Below, one piece after another: positions 36,601-51,600 of a stretch of DNA of 64,000 bases (positions are counted from its first letter, which is position 1; every line of letters starts with the position of its first letter). Source of the DNA: Hydrolagus affinis (Eukaryota); NCBI GenBank assembly GCA_012026655.1, contig JAAILG010001121.1, positions 1 through 64,000 on the forward strand. The letters run 5' to 3'. The position numbers and the translations under genes are program-made. The notes beneath the pieces are model-generated. The model saw only the letters and a list, made by a program, of their open reading frames with translations, did no database searches and was not told the DNA's origin.

Positions 36601-39600
36601 ATTCTGCTCTTACCTTCTCAAGCAATAACCTCAACTGCTCCCACTTCCCCTCAGCCTCAGTCAACTGTTTGTCCTTCACTTGTAATTGTGCTTCCATTTC
36701 CCTTTTTAGACAAATCAGTTCATTTGACAACTTGCTCTCTCTCCTGGAGGTAGAGGCTTGCAACTCCTTAATTTCTTTCTGAAGCTGCTGATTTTTGCAC
36801 GCAAACTTATTTAATTCTTCTTTTCCTGATTTTTCCACAAGTTCCCTCTCCTGGGCTATCGTATGAGAAAGTAGGGCTATTTTGTTTTCCAGCGCATCCT
36901 TTAGTCTCTCCTTTTCTTCTTCGTATTCCTGTTGAATCTCCTCCTTTTCAAATTCCCACTGACCTTTCTTTTCCCAGAGCTGATCGCGGAGTTCCATAAT
37001 TTCTTGTTGGTATTTCTGCTCAACTTCAGACCTTTCTGCTTTGAGTTTAAGCATGATGTTTTGATGTTCTTTAGAATAGTGGGCTTCCATCTCTGAAATC
37101 TTCTGTTTAAAATCATTCTCCATGTTTTTCCTATGTGATGAAATGTCACAAATATTACTCTTTTTAAAAAAAAACAATTTTTCATTACGATACAAGAAGC
37201 AAACCATTATCTGAAGAAAATATCCTATGGAGTGTAATGTTATGGAGCCAGGAATTTAATGCTGTCATTGAATGCTAGTCATGTTGGACACTCCTGTGAG
37301 CTTTAAATATTTAAATAACTTAATTCAATGTCATTCCAGGAAATCCACTGGGAATAAATGACAATAATAATCTTTACATTTGATATAGAGCCTTATCAAG
37401 TCATTGAGACATCTTAAAGTGCTTCACAGGATATACTGTAAAATGGATTGAATGTATATTTTGTGAGCACATTTCTCTTACAAACTAGCTAGACAGACAG
37501 CAAAGATCATTCTGAATCTCCGCACATTGCTTCAGTTCTCTTTTTCCAATCAAACAGTGGAATTGAAGCCGTTTGACCCTCAATCAGAAAATTCAACAGT
37601 TGAGCAAGAAAATGTTTACTCAAGTTTACAGTTGCCATTTCTACATTACAATTAGTTAATTTTTTTTGATTCGTAAAATAACTAATAACCTAAAGCTAAT
37701 GCATTTGTTTCAAATCAGTCCCAAAGAGGAAGAAATACACTCATGTGTTCCTCCCTATGATTCACGATTAAGTTTCTAAATCTATTAGGCCGTGCCTTTG
37801 ATGCCGGTTACAAGGGCCTCACCTTTGCTCAAGAAGCTCCTTTTGCTTTCCTTCCAGGAGATCTCTTTGCACCTCCTCTTTCTCCTGCGTCAGGTTTTGC
37901 TCGATCTCAGAAATCTGTGTCTCGTAGACCTGTTGCAGTTCAGCTCTCTCTTGTAGGAATGTCTCTGTCAGTTCTTTTTTTTGTGTCTCCATTTGCATTT
38001 CAGCACTTTTCTGCTTTTCTAGCAGTATTTCTTTCTCTATGTGAAAAGACCTTCTCTCTTCGTCTAATTTCATCCTGAGAGTTTCTTCGTGTTTTTGCTT
38101 GAATTGTTCCTGCAGTTGACGTTTTTCTTCATGAAACCAATCCTGCACTGCCCGTTTCTCTTCTTCGCACTTGTATTTAGTCGTTTCCTGCAGCAATTTA
38201 ACGTACTTGGTCTCTTCTTGGAGTTCGGAAATATGGCTTTTGAGATCATCTATTTGTTTTTCCATTTGGACAATATCTTCCTTGCACTTCTGTTTGATGG
38301 TTTTTTCCTCCATTTCATATTTGAGTTTCGTCTCTTCTATTTGTGCCTTGTAAAAATGTACCTGGAGAAAATGTGGAAAAACATCGAGATCATACACTAC
38401 TCCAGAGCTTTTATAAAAAACACACTATATGAGCACAAAATACATTTGCACCAATTTTCAACCCAAGAAAAAAATGTCACCAGGTGTGAAAGACCAGTGA
38501 TGATAGCAAATTAGTATATTTTATAAAAGATAGGTATTGCATAAGCAAATGTGATGATCAAAAGTATGGATCACTCAAATCTTAAGTAGGCTATTTGCAT
38601 GTGTAAATCGTGAGTAGATAAGAGTGCATTTTGTCAAAGATCCTCTGAGTCTCATTGTGACAAGATAATTTGATCACCAAGATATTAATTAGCCGTCAAA
38701 ATAGAATTACGAAGAATACAATTGTTTGAACAATGCACAGTATTTCCCAGAAAAACCAATCATTTTAGCCTTGAAGCAGCCAAATCTTTTCGAATAATAA
38801 ATTACATCGCTTTGAATCTGTCCGATTTACTTGCCTTGGTTTCAAGGTCGACTTTCAAACTATCAAATGCCTGGTGATGTTGCTCTTTGATTTGCTCGAT
38901 GACCATTTCTGCCTCAAGACTCAGATTCAATGCATTACATTCTTCAGTTTCAAGTCCTGGAATAGAACGATAAAGAATTTGCTCAACATGTTAGACGAAT
39001 GCTTATTCGTGAAAATGTTTCTAAATTTTATTTTTGCCCTGAGAGGGAATTTTTTTTTACCTTTGTTTTAACATAAAGCGCAGTTTAAAAAAGTTCAAAA
39101 ACTGACTTTGCTGCAACAATTAATTCTACATTAATACCGTGCATCAAAGGAGAGCAAAGTGGACAAAACATCATAGTTCACATCGATTGGACAAACAGCA
39201 TATTTTCATATTGACTAAAAGTATGATTCCTAAAAGCTTCCCCCATTACAACAATCTATCCTTGTATATTGAGTGACAACTTGATAACACTACAACACAG
39301 ACATACTTTTCACACTCCCAAACGGTATGTCGAGTGTGGTTGAACATTGCAATTCGTCAAATGATCGTCAAATGCTTTGAGAGCTTGCTGCTGTACCTTG
39401 ATCACAGTCAACCATGCCAGTCTGGTTCTCCATTTCGTCTGACAATGAACTTCCCCAGAGTTGTTTGAAACTTTTGTCGTGGGTCTGATATGCTTGTAAC
39501 TCAGACTGGAGCTCATCAATCCGATCCTGAAGCTCCTAATTTAGGCAAGGAGATTCAAAGCAGTGAGCGCACACCCGTCCAGACAGAACAATCAACTTTA

Positions 39601-42600
39601 CCTGATAATGGTACAACAAGGAGTGGCCGAGTTGTGTTCTTGTCAGTTTCTAATACTGAAGTCTTACAAACAAGTTCATTGCATTCCCGCCCTTGTCATC
39701 TGGGAGCTACATGTGCCTGCAAACCCATCAACATTTGATTTAAGTGCAGTCACTTTTCAACCAATTTCTACAATGAACGAGGAATGACCACATCTTCATT
39801 CAACACTGGATACGTTGCTTTTGCAAACGCTAGACAGACACGGTGAAACAACTTTCTCACGCCCAAAAGATACAGAACAATTATGAACCAGGGGTTTTTT
39901 TTTTAAAAAAGGAAGAAATTCTTGGACAGGAAAAGATTAATTTTTACTCAATCTTCCCAGCTTTAGCCGGCCATAACTTGAATTAATTTCTCTCACACTA
40001 AATCATGCAGAGGAGTTTCCTGAGCATTCCAGGCGGTTGCTCAGTGTCCACATAAAGAAATTGTCGTCAAACATGAAGTGGAATGAGTTGTCACTTTCTT
40101 GGCTGGATTTGAGTCCGATTCGTTAAACACTTGTCCAAAAGTTGCTGGACGTTTAACCACATTCTTTAGGGCAGCTGAAACTCTGCAACTTTAACAACAG
40201 AGGTTGGCTGAGAATGATGTACCTAAACATGACCAACTCCGTTCCTGCGTAATTCACCACACACGGTAGATTTATTTTCCCATTATTTACATTACATATT
40301 GGGTTCACTTACCCTGCACTGCTGTTCATATTCCTTTCTCATCCGTGAAAATCTTTCCTCGTGCAAGAAAAATTCAGCGCTGGTTGGATCAAGGTCTCCA
40401 AACTGTAAGAATGGATGGAAACAGATCTAACATAGTTTGAAACCATCTAGTTGTTTGTTTGTAAAGTGGCTCAACTTTACAAACAGTTTTGCTAAAAGTA
40501 CCAATACTGCTCAGACCACAAGCACCAACACAGCAGACCAATACATAGTTGCATTGATACAAAAAAAGCTACCTTCTCCTTCAGAATATTGTCCAGGTTC
40601 TTTTGCAGTTTCTTAGCTTGGTTCTCAAACCCCACCAGTTTCTCTCCATTTTCGAACAGTTCTCTTTCCAGACGACTGTTTTCCTTTTAAATGACATTAA
40701 AAGTTTAGGCAATCTCACGCTATCCAGAATTGATTTTGTGCAGTATTGAAAGTAAAATAATAATAATACTAAAACCCAGAAAGTTTTATGTCTACTCATT
40801 TTTCATTCTATGTCAAATTGATGCAGCAAAACTTCACCAGGATATCACTGATACAGTGCTTTTACATTGCGTAAAGGTACAACTACAAAAGACATGTAAA
40901 CACAATAATGTGGCCTGGAATTGGAGTCAGCATTTCTCTGTAATTCATCTCAAATTCAATTCAAACAGCAATGTTCAGTTATTGGCTTTACTTGAAAGGA
41001 GCAAGTTCTTGTCTGACCCACAGCCAAAGCTTTGTGCTAGTGCCAAACAGTCTCTCCCTTCTGTGTCAAATAATAGATAGAAATGAAAATTAAAAGAGCT
41101 CTCACCTTCAAAGACAGTGCAAGTCGATCCCTGAGGTACGATTCCTCTGCTTTCACTTTCTCGATCTCCTTCTCCAGTTCGCTATTTTGCCTGCTGGCTT
41201 GTTGCAGAATCAGGTCTTTTTCTTTGGTTAGATCTGCCTTCAAGGCAGCAAGACGTTCCCTGTGCTCCTGTTCCAGCTTCCTGAAAAGCAAACATCAGCC
41301 AAGTCATGAACAATGTATTCCGCTGAAGGAACGGCGCTTTTTTCCCCAATTATATTTTAGAATTGTGAGAACCTTTCCTGGGGAGATGTGGAAGAATCTA
41401 TAAAAGAGTACACTGTATATAGTCCATGTGCACAACCTTGCTCATCTCATCCTTTTCTTTATGTTCTCTGACGCTCCAATAATGATCGTTATTTGACCCA
41501 CTTCAATGAAACAGTTCATGGCATTTTGCTTTTCATTGACCCAGCTTTAAGCACCCATTGTGGAATCAGCACTGCCCGCCCACTGCCACTCAACTCATAG
41601 CTGTGCCATATATTCATTTGACGTTGCAAACGTTCACTATTACATAATTTGCGCAGGTGGAAACAAACTACTTTGGGTAGCTTAGGCATACATAGACGCT
41701 GAACATCCGGTATTCTTGTGCTTGTTTGCTTAACGTTCTTTCACTTAAAGTCACACTTTTCGCGAAGGCAACTTAAGCGAGGACTAAGTATATTGTGCTC
41801 AGTGAGTTGTCCCTTATCTTTACTCTCCCCACATGCAATGAATTAAGTTCTTTCTCTTCCTTAATCACATGGCTAAGTTCAGGAACCAATGAAGAGAATT
41901 TCAGCACAAATTTGTGTTCCATAGTGAGACCACAGAAGGGCATTCAAAACCAATTCCCCATGAAGCCAAACTTCCAGCTAATGTATCCATTTGCACAATA
42001 AACAGGCTTGACACAAGGTCACAAATCTACAGCAAAGTCCTTGAGAGCAAGGTAAGACTGGAATACAAAGCAAGGCGTCATAGATTGTCAAATACCGGAG
42101 ATTGCACTCATTGAGTCGTTCAATAGCTGCATGATGATCATCTACTTCAGAGGCCATCAGGTTTTTCAACCTATCTGCTTTATCCAAGTCTGCATTGAGT
42201 TTTTCCTTTTCTCTTAAAACCTGGTCTACCCGTTCCCTGAAAGAAAAACATGATTGCTTTTCATAGTGTTCAGTTGTATCACCGTATATTCAACTGGAAT
42301 CGTAACACATGAGTGCAAATATTGAATATGATTTTAGAACAACGTTATTAAGAGAATTGAACTGTGCCTGCAGGCGGGTTCATTTATTTACAACAATTAT
42401 TGAAGGGAAAGTATGAGTTATATCTTTAGAAATCGTATAATTCTACAGGTATATAGGCACCCAAGTCGCATTCAGTTTCTTACAAAAAAAACCTTTAGCT
42501 TTTTTGCACTAGTTGTATTATATAAATCAGATAAATGTCCAAATCATAATACAGTAATTGTACACTGTACTCCCTTGAAACATGAGGGCATGGAAAACAA

Positions 42601-45600
42601 GGTTCCTGTTTATTGTGTGTCACTCGTATAAAATCCGACTTATCCAAGTTTGCCTGTAATGCATATTTCACCCAAGTCTTGTTGTGGTCTTGACTGATAC
42701 TACTTATATGAGCTTTACTGTATTACACAGATTTCTATACTATTATTGTCTTTCAGTCACCTCTTCTTACAGTGTTGAACCTTGTTAATAATATTCCAAA
42801 ATACTATGGGGTCAACAATTTTTAAAAAACGTAAATTTCATTACCAAACTGAAGTTGACAGCCAATATGTCCTATCAATATGACTTTCCAAGCACCACTG
42901 AAACAAACCAATCTCTTATTGGCACATACAACCCTTTAAAAACTCCACTGAATGAAAAAAAAATCAAAAGTAGATCTTCATGGCCCAGTGTTAGGATCCT
43001 GGATGGGAACACAATGAAACTGTGCGGATAAAATCCGGGTCAGTGACTGCAGCCTCCACACAACTCCTGAAGGCATTTGATGTCTTAGCCAAGTCACGAC
43101 AACATTACATTTGTGTAGCTCCTTTCATGTCGGGAGGACGTCCCAAAGCGCTGGGCATAAGTCAATAATAATAAGTTCACAAGCAACTTATGAACCAGAA
43201 TCTGTGCACGCTCGGTCTCCTTTTTCAAACTAAAAAAACGAAGAAACAATTGACTTACATTAAATGTCTAATCTCATGTTTGAAGCTGGCAAGTACCGCT
43301 TGATGGATTCCATTCTTGGTTATCAGCAACTCGTTCTCCAAAGCCAGGGTGAGTTCAGTCAGGTTAACCTTGCCATCGAGGCCAAAATCCAAGGTCTGGA
43401 AACAGTAACCAGGCGAGTTAGGCATCTTACAAGCAAAACGCTGAACACAACATGACCACAGGACCCACACCTGGGCACTTTGGCGGTATAAATCAAGATA
43501 AAATGGAGGCTGATTAATTTAATCTCATAAAAAAAAACGATTGTATGGTTTTTTTTTACCTTTAAAATTTCAAGGCCGTTCTCAATCCCCACCTCCTGCC
43601 AGGCATCGAGGATCTGATCGGCCGAGGTGTAACCTGTCCCGTCATCCAGACAGGAGAAGAGACGAAGGCCAATTGTACCAGTCATGGCAGATGGCGTAGC
43701 TGTGCGGCGTCCACTTTCATCAAAGGGCTAATATAGAAGAGGGGAAATAAGTATATAATCAAGGTGACCTCTTGATTCATCTGAAGCAAAATAAAGCGGT
43801 GAAGTGTGTAACTTAACAACAGGACATCTGGAGAACTTGGGGGTGGTGGTGGGGGAAGATGCTGAGACATCGAGGCCACAAATCAGCAGCAACAAACCAG
43901 CCACAGGAAAACTTCCAATGTTTAAAAGAGACTCAGACCAACTTACATGCAGCCTGCAAAACAGTTACCTCAACGAATTTGACAAAGAGCCCAATCGTTA
44001 TTAGATTTATCCATTCCAATGTGTTATTAATCCTTGAATGTTTTGGTATTTCACTCTATAATAACAACATTTATTTAGAGCCCCTCGTGCAGGACGGATG
44101 AGGCTTATCCAAATCATGTCAGTAGCAGAATAATTAAACCAGCAGCTCAGTGGCCAGTGTGTTGATGCAACAACTTGCTGCCTCTTAAAGTGTGATGTTT
44201 ATTTTCCGTTCAGGATTCCCACACGATTGACTCCCAACAACTCGGCTGCGCCATCCAGTGGAGGCACAGACTAAGTGACGAGCTACCAGTCTTATTATGT
44301 ATTAGTACTGTACATATCAGTCAGACCTACCCAGCCCTCAGTCAACTGAGATCTATGAATGGAGTTGTCGTGGTCAGCCTGGTTAATGCCTTTCTCTTTG
44401 GCTTAGAAGAGGGGAGAAAGTTGGAAGAGGACATTAAGGCAACATCCGAAAACATAAACTTAGAAGGCGGGCAGAAGTCAACAATAATCATTAAAACTCT
44501 TTTTTCTTGTATCCTAGACTTGCTGACTTTCTGACAATAACAACAAAATTAACTTTGTATAGGATAACTGAATGAGGCACGTCCCTTTAATTACCTGTAA
44601 GGAGTGATGTCTCTTTAGTTGCCTGTAAGGAGTGGAAGCAGAGGGAGGAGCTGATTGTCCATTTTTAAAGAGACCGTAGAAGAAGTCCTCCACGGTCATC
44701 AAGCCATCTTGTTCTTGTTTCCGAACCAGCTCTTCAAGAACCTACAACATAGAAGTGAGCGTTTTGTAATTAGAAACTTGGGTTTAGCCTAAAGGAACAT
44801 GTCCTGTAGCTCAGTGGTTAGAGCACTCGCCTTACAAGCGTGAGACCTGTGTTCAAATCCAGGCAGATTAGGGCGAAACCTTGGGCAAGTTTTCTAACTC
44901 CACACACCTGATAATAATGTGTCCAAAAAAAAACCTAGAATTGGTCATTTCAACCCACGATTGTTTGTGGGACACTGCTATGTACAATTGGCTACCACAT
45001 TTCAACTACAAATATACAGTCAATTCACTTTGGAGTACATTCTGTGAAGCTCTTTGAGATGTCTAGAAGATGTGAAAAGCACTATATCAAATGCAAGGAT
45101 TCTTATTATTATTACCTGTTGTTTGTGTGTCTCAGTTTTATACCCAATGAATCAGAAATGTTCCCATAATGACTCACCTCAAGTAGCTATGAGAGCCAGG
45201 CAATATTATCATTAGCATTGCCACAGTTACCTTTAATGAAACAACTTGTCCGGTGCAAACCAACATTTGTGCCGGCATCGAGCGGACGGACATACAGTGC
45301 ATAAAAACATGAGCTCGGCCTCCACAGCTAACCACCAGAGGGAGTTAATCAGTTGCAATGAAGAGAACAAACACATTGAACTGCGAGCAACTGCTTTTTA
45401 GTTGCATTGTGCATTTTTCTCCTCCTCTGAAGGCTCAAAAGAGTTGAGGTTCAATTCCACAGATGACAGCAGCTTTCCAGGACCTTGTTCTTCACTCTGA
45501 TGGGCCTGAGTGTTGCTGACCAGGTGACTGTGGAGTGTACCTCTGTGCATCCCTGACCTGTTTTCACCCTAACACGGTGACACGGCCTCCAGCAAGAGAC

Positions 45601-48600
45601 TCTGGATAATGATCAGTCAGAAATTCAGATAATTCCCTTCTTTCCAGCCTATTTTTTTTTATGTGGAGTCCTGTAACTCAGTGATTAGAGCACTCGCCTT
45701 ACATGCGAGAGACCCGAGTTCAATTCCAGGCAGGGCGAAGCCGTGGGCAAGTTTCCTTACTCCACGTGCCTAATAATAATCCCTCAAAAAAAATTGGCCA
45801 TTTCAATTCATGACTGTTTGTGGGACATCACTGTGTGCGATTGGCTGCGCGTTTTGCTCATAAATATACAGTCAGTTCACTTTACAGTATAATCTGTGAA
45901 GCCCTTTAAGACGTCTAGAAGACATGAAAAGCACTATATCAAATGCAAGGATTATTATTATCTTGAGCATAGAGACACTGAGGGTAGTGCTGACAACACA
46001 ACCAGGAATCCTTGTAAACAATGCAAACTAAACCACCACTGTCTCCTTGGGAATGCTGAAGAACTAGATTCTGCATTTGCAAAGATTTATCTAAATCCCT
46101 CGTTCTCCTATCAGTCCTGGATGTCTGGCAATGTCTAGATATTTGGTTGCACACACACTGTCAGTGTCATTACCAGCTTCTACCTGAACACAAAGGTTAT
46201 TCAGTAGTTGACAGCTATTACTGTATTAAGTTACATTCAAACGGAGTTACCCTACATCAGTGTTGCAGATTAACCATGAGAATTGAAAGCTATGCTTCTC
46301 CATCCCCCACTCACCCACCTTTGTTCCGATGTTTATTTTGATTGTACAATATCATTATCTGGATGAGATAAATTAATTGTGAAAATTAACGGTATTTCAC
46401 ATCGAGCATTCGTTAATTTTTTAAAAAATATTGAAGGAGAAGAATTCAACTGGAACAATGCATTTCAATAGAAGATGACATTAATACTCTGGCGTAATTT
46501 AGAGATCGTTAAGTCATAACCTTGAGAGATTGAGTGAACAGTCAGCCATTCATTGTAATGATGCCTAAACAAATTGATGTTTGAAGACATGCAGCTTTCT
46601 AAAATAGTACAGTAGAAGGTTCACTTGCCCTAATGGAGAGTATTTTCAATTCTCCTATTATAAATGCAGTCTAAAGTGCAGAGTGAACAGAAAATGATAG
46701 TCAGAGTGCAACAGTATAAAATGATCCTCCTCCATGTGAGGAATAAACCATGGAGCAAAATAACTTTACGTCACAGAAGAAATTATTGTGCTGCCAGATC
46801 AACAACAACAACAAAATTGCACTTATACAGCGCCTTTCACGTTGGGAGGACAACAACAACAACAACAACAAATTACATTTATAGAGCGCCTTTCACGTCG
46901 GGAGGACGTCCCAAAGTGCTGAACAGTCTGGTCGGGACCCAAGAGGGGGGGTGGGGGAGAGGGTCAAACCAGGGGGAAGGAGAGTGGGAGAGGGGGAAGA
47001 CTTAGTGGGGCAGCCGAAGGCGCGGTCGAAGAGGAAGGTCTTGAAACCAGCCTTGAAGGAGGAAAGGGAGGAAGCAAGGCGGAGGGGCTGCAGGATGAAG
47101 TTCCACAGATCACCTGGAAATATTCAGTCACTCACTGTATTTCACAGGAAAACCAGGTGAAATACTTATTCATGTTCAGAGTTGTACATATGATGCATAA
47201 TTAAAGGTTATAATATGTACCTATATAGTACAATACATAGGGGAGTAGTGGTTGAAGGCACGGCCGCCGATGGTGGAGAGGAGGATACGGGGGACAAGGG
47301 GGAGGCCACACCCGGTGGAGCTGGGTTGAGCTTCATTTCATCTACCCCCAAAAGGAACGGCTGGGTTAATAAAAAAGAGAAACAATATACAGTACTGTGA
47401 ATTCTGGAAAAAAAGATCAGTGAACACTGGAAACACAGTGTAGGTCAAAGCAAGCAGTAACCTAGCAGTTTCTTTCTCATGCTGATCAACCTGCTACACA
47501 TTTCCAGCAATTTCTGTTTTAATTTGGGGGGTTTTGTTTTACTCTCCGGTGCAATACTTGTGAAGGATTGTTGGAAATTGAGTTTGGAAGGTTCTCAAAA
47601 TGGATACGCTTGATCATATGATGTCAACATTGCCACATGACCAGCTCCTCACATCTTACCTAACCAAAATCAGTTTCTAAATCCACTCGTTAAGTCGTCA
47701 GCTTTCACATCCTCACAACTAGAAAATCTTCACTGAGGGCAATACTAAGGTACAGTGCTCCAAAACAACAGGAATAGCATCCAAAACAATGGAGTAGTGT
47801 TCAGATCATGCAATGCTCTGATATATGCTGTATGTATATATATATATATATATCAGATGAACAATATATATATGATGGCCCATGATGTGTGTGTGTATGT
47901 ATATATATATATATGCATACACACACACATCATGGGCCTTAATGCGATGGAGGGTTATTATAGCTGCAGCATATCTGCATTGTCAGCGCACTGAACTCTC
48001 TTCTTGCAGGGAAGTCCCTCTGCAGCTCAGCAGATTCTGGTTAAATTCACACATGATCCAAGTATACGTAGTTTTAATACGGTTGAATACGATGCCTGGA
48101 GCCAACACAACCACACCTCAATTGATGTGCACATCAATGCACAACACTGGCGAGGAAATTCACTGAGCTGGAGAATCCATAGACGATTACAAATCCAAGT
48201 TACACATATGATGTGTTTGAAGACAAAATGCAGCACAGTTTGAAACAGCCTAAAATAAACCTATGTGTGTGTGTGTGTGTGTGTGTGTAATTTTTTTTGG
48301 GGGGTGGGGGGCTTGGTGGCTGTGATTGTTCATGGTGCAGTTTACAGTATCTCAGATTTTCCATCGGTAGAGCATTAGGAAATGGGAAACATTTTGGATT
48401 CAAAAAATTAATAAAACTACAAGTACAGTCACCTGTACAGATTAGAGGTCTGTGAACTGAACATTTTCTTGGCCAAAGGAGAGTAAGTAAGTAGGGAATA
48501 AATCAAAGCCAACTTGCTTATTGGGTCAAAACAGTTCATCCAGGAATAGAGCACAATAATGTAGCTCAGTGGTTAGAGCACTTGCCATACAAGCGAGAGA

Positions 48601-51600
48601 CCTGTGTTTCGAATCCAGGCAGGTCAGGGCGAAACCTTGGCAAGTTTCCTTACTCCACACATCTAATAACAATCCGTCAAAAAAAAACTATAATAAATTG
48701 GTGATTTTCAATCCACGACTGTTTGTGGGGCATTGTCGTGGGCAATTGGCTGCCACGTTTCAACCACAAATATACCATCAATTCACTTTACAGTGTATTC
48801 TGTGAAGCGCTTTGAGACGTCTAGAAGACGTGAAAAGCGCTGTAGCAAATGCAAGGATTATTATTATTATTAAAAGTGTAAAATAAGGATATTATTTCTT
48901 TCTGTATATAAATTCAGAGGAATTTCCTTAAACATTTTTTAAAAAATTAACATTTATTTTTACACACTGATATAATCTCACCTCAGTGTCAACATTCTGC
49001 AGCCCAACTTGGTCACAGATGGCGATCAGCTCTTTCCTGCTCAGATAATCATCTCTGGTGACACCCAACTCCTCACAAACGGCCTGAAGACGTTCCTCGA
49101 TCCAGTCCGGGTCAGCACTGAACATGTTCTGGCAAGAGTTTAAGTCATCGGGATTCCAAAACCGCAACTGTCCTGGAAAACACGAGTTCCCTCATTAATA
49201 AGTAAAGGCGTGCCTTTAGGATTGAAGTCATGGATCTTCACTAACCATCATTAACATAAGTTGCATGCAAAAGTAACCATATGACTATCTGGTACACTGC
49301 GTAACAATGTGTCAGCCTGGTTCAGTTGGTATCATCGCAACCTCGGAGTTAGGATTCGGGTTCAATTCCCATTACGGGACTTTGAACTCACAGTGGAGGT
49401 TGACACTCCAGCGCAGTGCATTGTTGGAGGTGCCACCTTTCGGATGAGATGTTAAGCAGAAGTCCATCATTTGAATGAATCGTTAAACTGAGGCCCTTCT
49501 GCCTGCTGAGGTGGACACTAAAGATCCCAATGGAAACAATTCGTAAAGAGGAGTTTCTCCCAGTGTCCTGCCCAAAAATCCTCTGGATAAAGTTAATCAT
49601 TTATGACATGAAAGCGCCGTGAGACGCCGTACGGTGTGGAGGGCGCTATATAAATCAAAGTTGTTGTTGACATAGTTGTTTGTGGGACATTGCAGTGTGC
49701 CCATTTGCTTCCGTGTTTGCCTACAAAATACAGTCACTACACTTTACAATAAGTCCTGTGAAGCACTTTGAGATGTCCTTCTGACATAAAAGACGCTATA
49801 TGAAACGCAAGGATTATCATAAAGTACCGTAACTGCAATTATATGGTGAGTTACTGAACACCCAGAAATGGGAGTTATTATAGACTTGCTGGGGTTAATC
49901 CCAGTTGACATATCTGTTATGAATTCTTCTAAAAGGTTTAGTGGAATTAAATCCGGCATTAAAATGATATCACAACACATCCCGTTAAAACAAAAGCCTG
50001 AACCCAGTATTAGAGAGAGACTTTGTTCTAAATTGGTTTAAATTGTTCAATCTTACCTTCAGCCTCATATTCTTCACCCTGATCTGTGGAGGTCTTCCAA
50101 TTCTAAAGAAGAAAATAGAATCCAGAATTTGTCATAAAGGAATCTGAAGACACTATTTATGTCACTTGGGCCCAAAGCAGCAGGTACCATGACAACCAGT
50201 GATTTACACCACGGACAAACAGCAGGGTTCTGAGGACGTCTTGAAACAGTTCTGGTCACATATTGTACCATGTTAGTCTTCAAACACAAAGTACTGAACA
50301 TCACAGAACACAGTGATAAAATTACCAGCAATATTTTGCTGCCCTCACACAACCCAACCCCCCCACCACTTTCACCTGAACCATTCATAGTGTACACAAT
50401 ACAAGAACTGTAGTCTTGCAATTTTTTTGTGAACGCAAGTCAATACTACTTAAGTCATAACCCGAGGCAGATATTGAGATATGTGGTGCCATGTCCTCAG
50501 GCATTCAAAAAGATTCGAAATGAGGACTGGTGAAAGCCAGCTTTTTACTGCAGGCCTCAGTGTCCAAATCTTGCTATCAACACGCATTCATTCCTCTGTC
50601 TCTCCTCGTCTGAACAGTTTGATTTGCTGGTTATAAAGAGATGCACATGGAGGTAGATTACAAAGTCACACGTTCGCCGTAGGCTAAACTAAACGTTTCC
50701 TTTCAATCTGTTTATAGCCTACCATGAATGAGACTGTTGCAATAGAGTGAAGGAGAGTTCCCTACTGCGGGACGAACAGTTCATATATTCCTAAATACAT
50801 ATTGGATGGTACAAACAGTAAATATTTTATCAACCACTGCACGCCCCACTGAATTACACTGCAGTCAATGCTCATCAATGTAATTGTGTTGTTGTTGTAA
50901 ATGTGAGTTATCAGTTCACATTTTGTGATGCTCTTTGAGACTTCTATGGGAATGGCTCTAGGCAAATATAAAAAGGTTCTTACTAATAATATTTGATATA
51001 GCGCTTTTCACACCTTCTAGATGTCTCAAGGAGCTTCACAGAATGTGCTGTAAAGTGAATTGACTGTAGAGTTATGGGTGAAACATGGCAGCCAATAGCG
51101 TACAGCAGTGTCCTACCAACAGCGTGGATTGAAACGACCAAAATATTATTGTTTATCTTTTTCGAGGGGTTATTATCAGGCGTGTGGAGTAAGGAAACTT
51201 GCCCAAGGTTTCGCCCTGACCTGCTGGACATACGGAAGAGGAGAAGATGGGACAGTTTATCACTGAGCAGTGGAGAGGGGAAAAAAGGATGCTGCAAGCC
51301 TAAATGATTAAACATTTTTGTGCCTATCTGTACAGGCAGGTAGAAGACATCTCTGCATGATGAATATCAGCAGTTTATTTCAGTTAAAAGCAGCACAAAA
51401 TTAGGGATTGTAAGGTGCACCTATTCACAAGACTTTAAAACAGATATATGACGTTCCTTCCAAAAAATAAATCACATTGCAAAATCATTTCAGATCATTT
51501 TCTGCAATGTATTAAGTGTGTACATGGAGCTTTACATTCTCTACTAATGTCACTCTCGTGAAAATAGAATGAATTATGAATGTCCCCTGAAAATATATTT

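Noticed and set aside
36051-38514. Antisense ORFs opposite NIN exons 17-18 (likewise opposite other NIN, SAV1 and ATL1 exons)
   Set aside because: Shadow ORFs of E/K/Q-rich coding sequence.
44801-44875. tRNA-like sequences (also at 26854, 45665, 48560 and 29492 reversed)
   Set aside because: A/B boxes are present, but anticodon loops vary between copies, no acceptor stem closes, and each runs into the same SINE body; these are SINE heads, not tRNA genes.
47420-47522. Weak inverted repeat resembling the 13.7-kb palindromic element
   Set aside because: Too degenerate; no ribozyme core or TSD visible.
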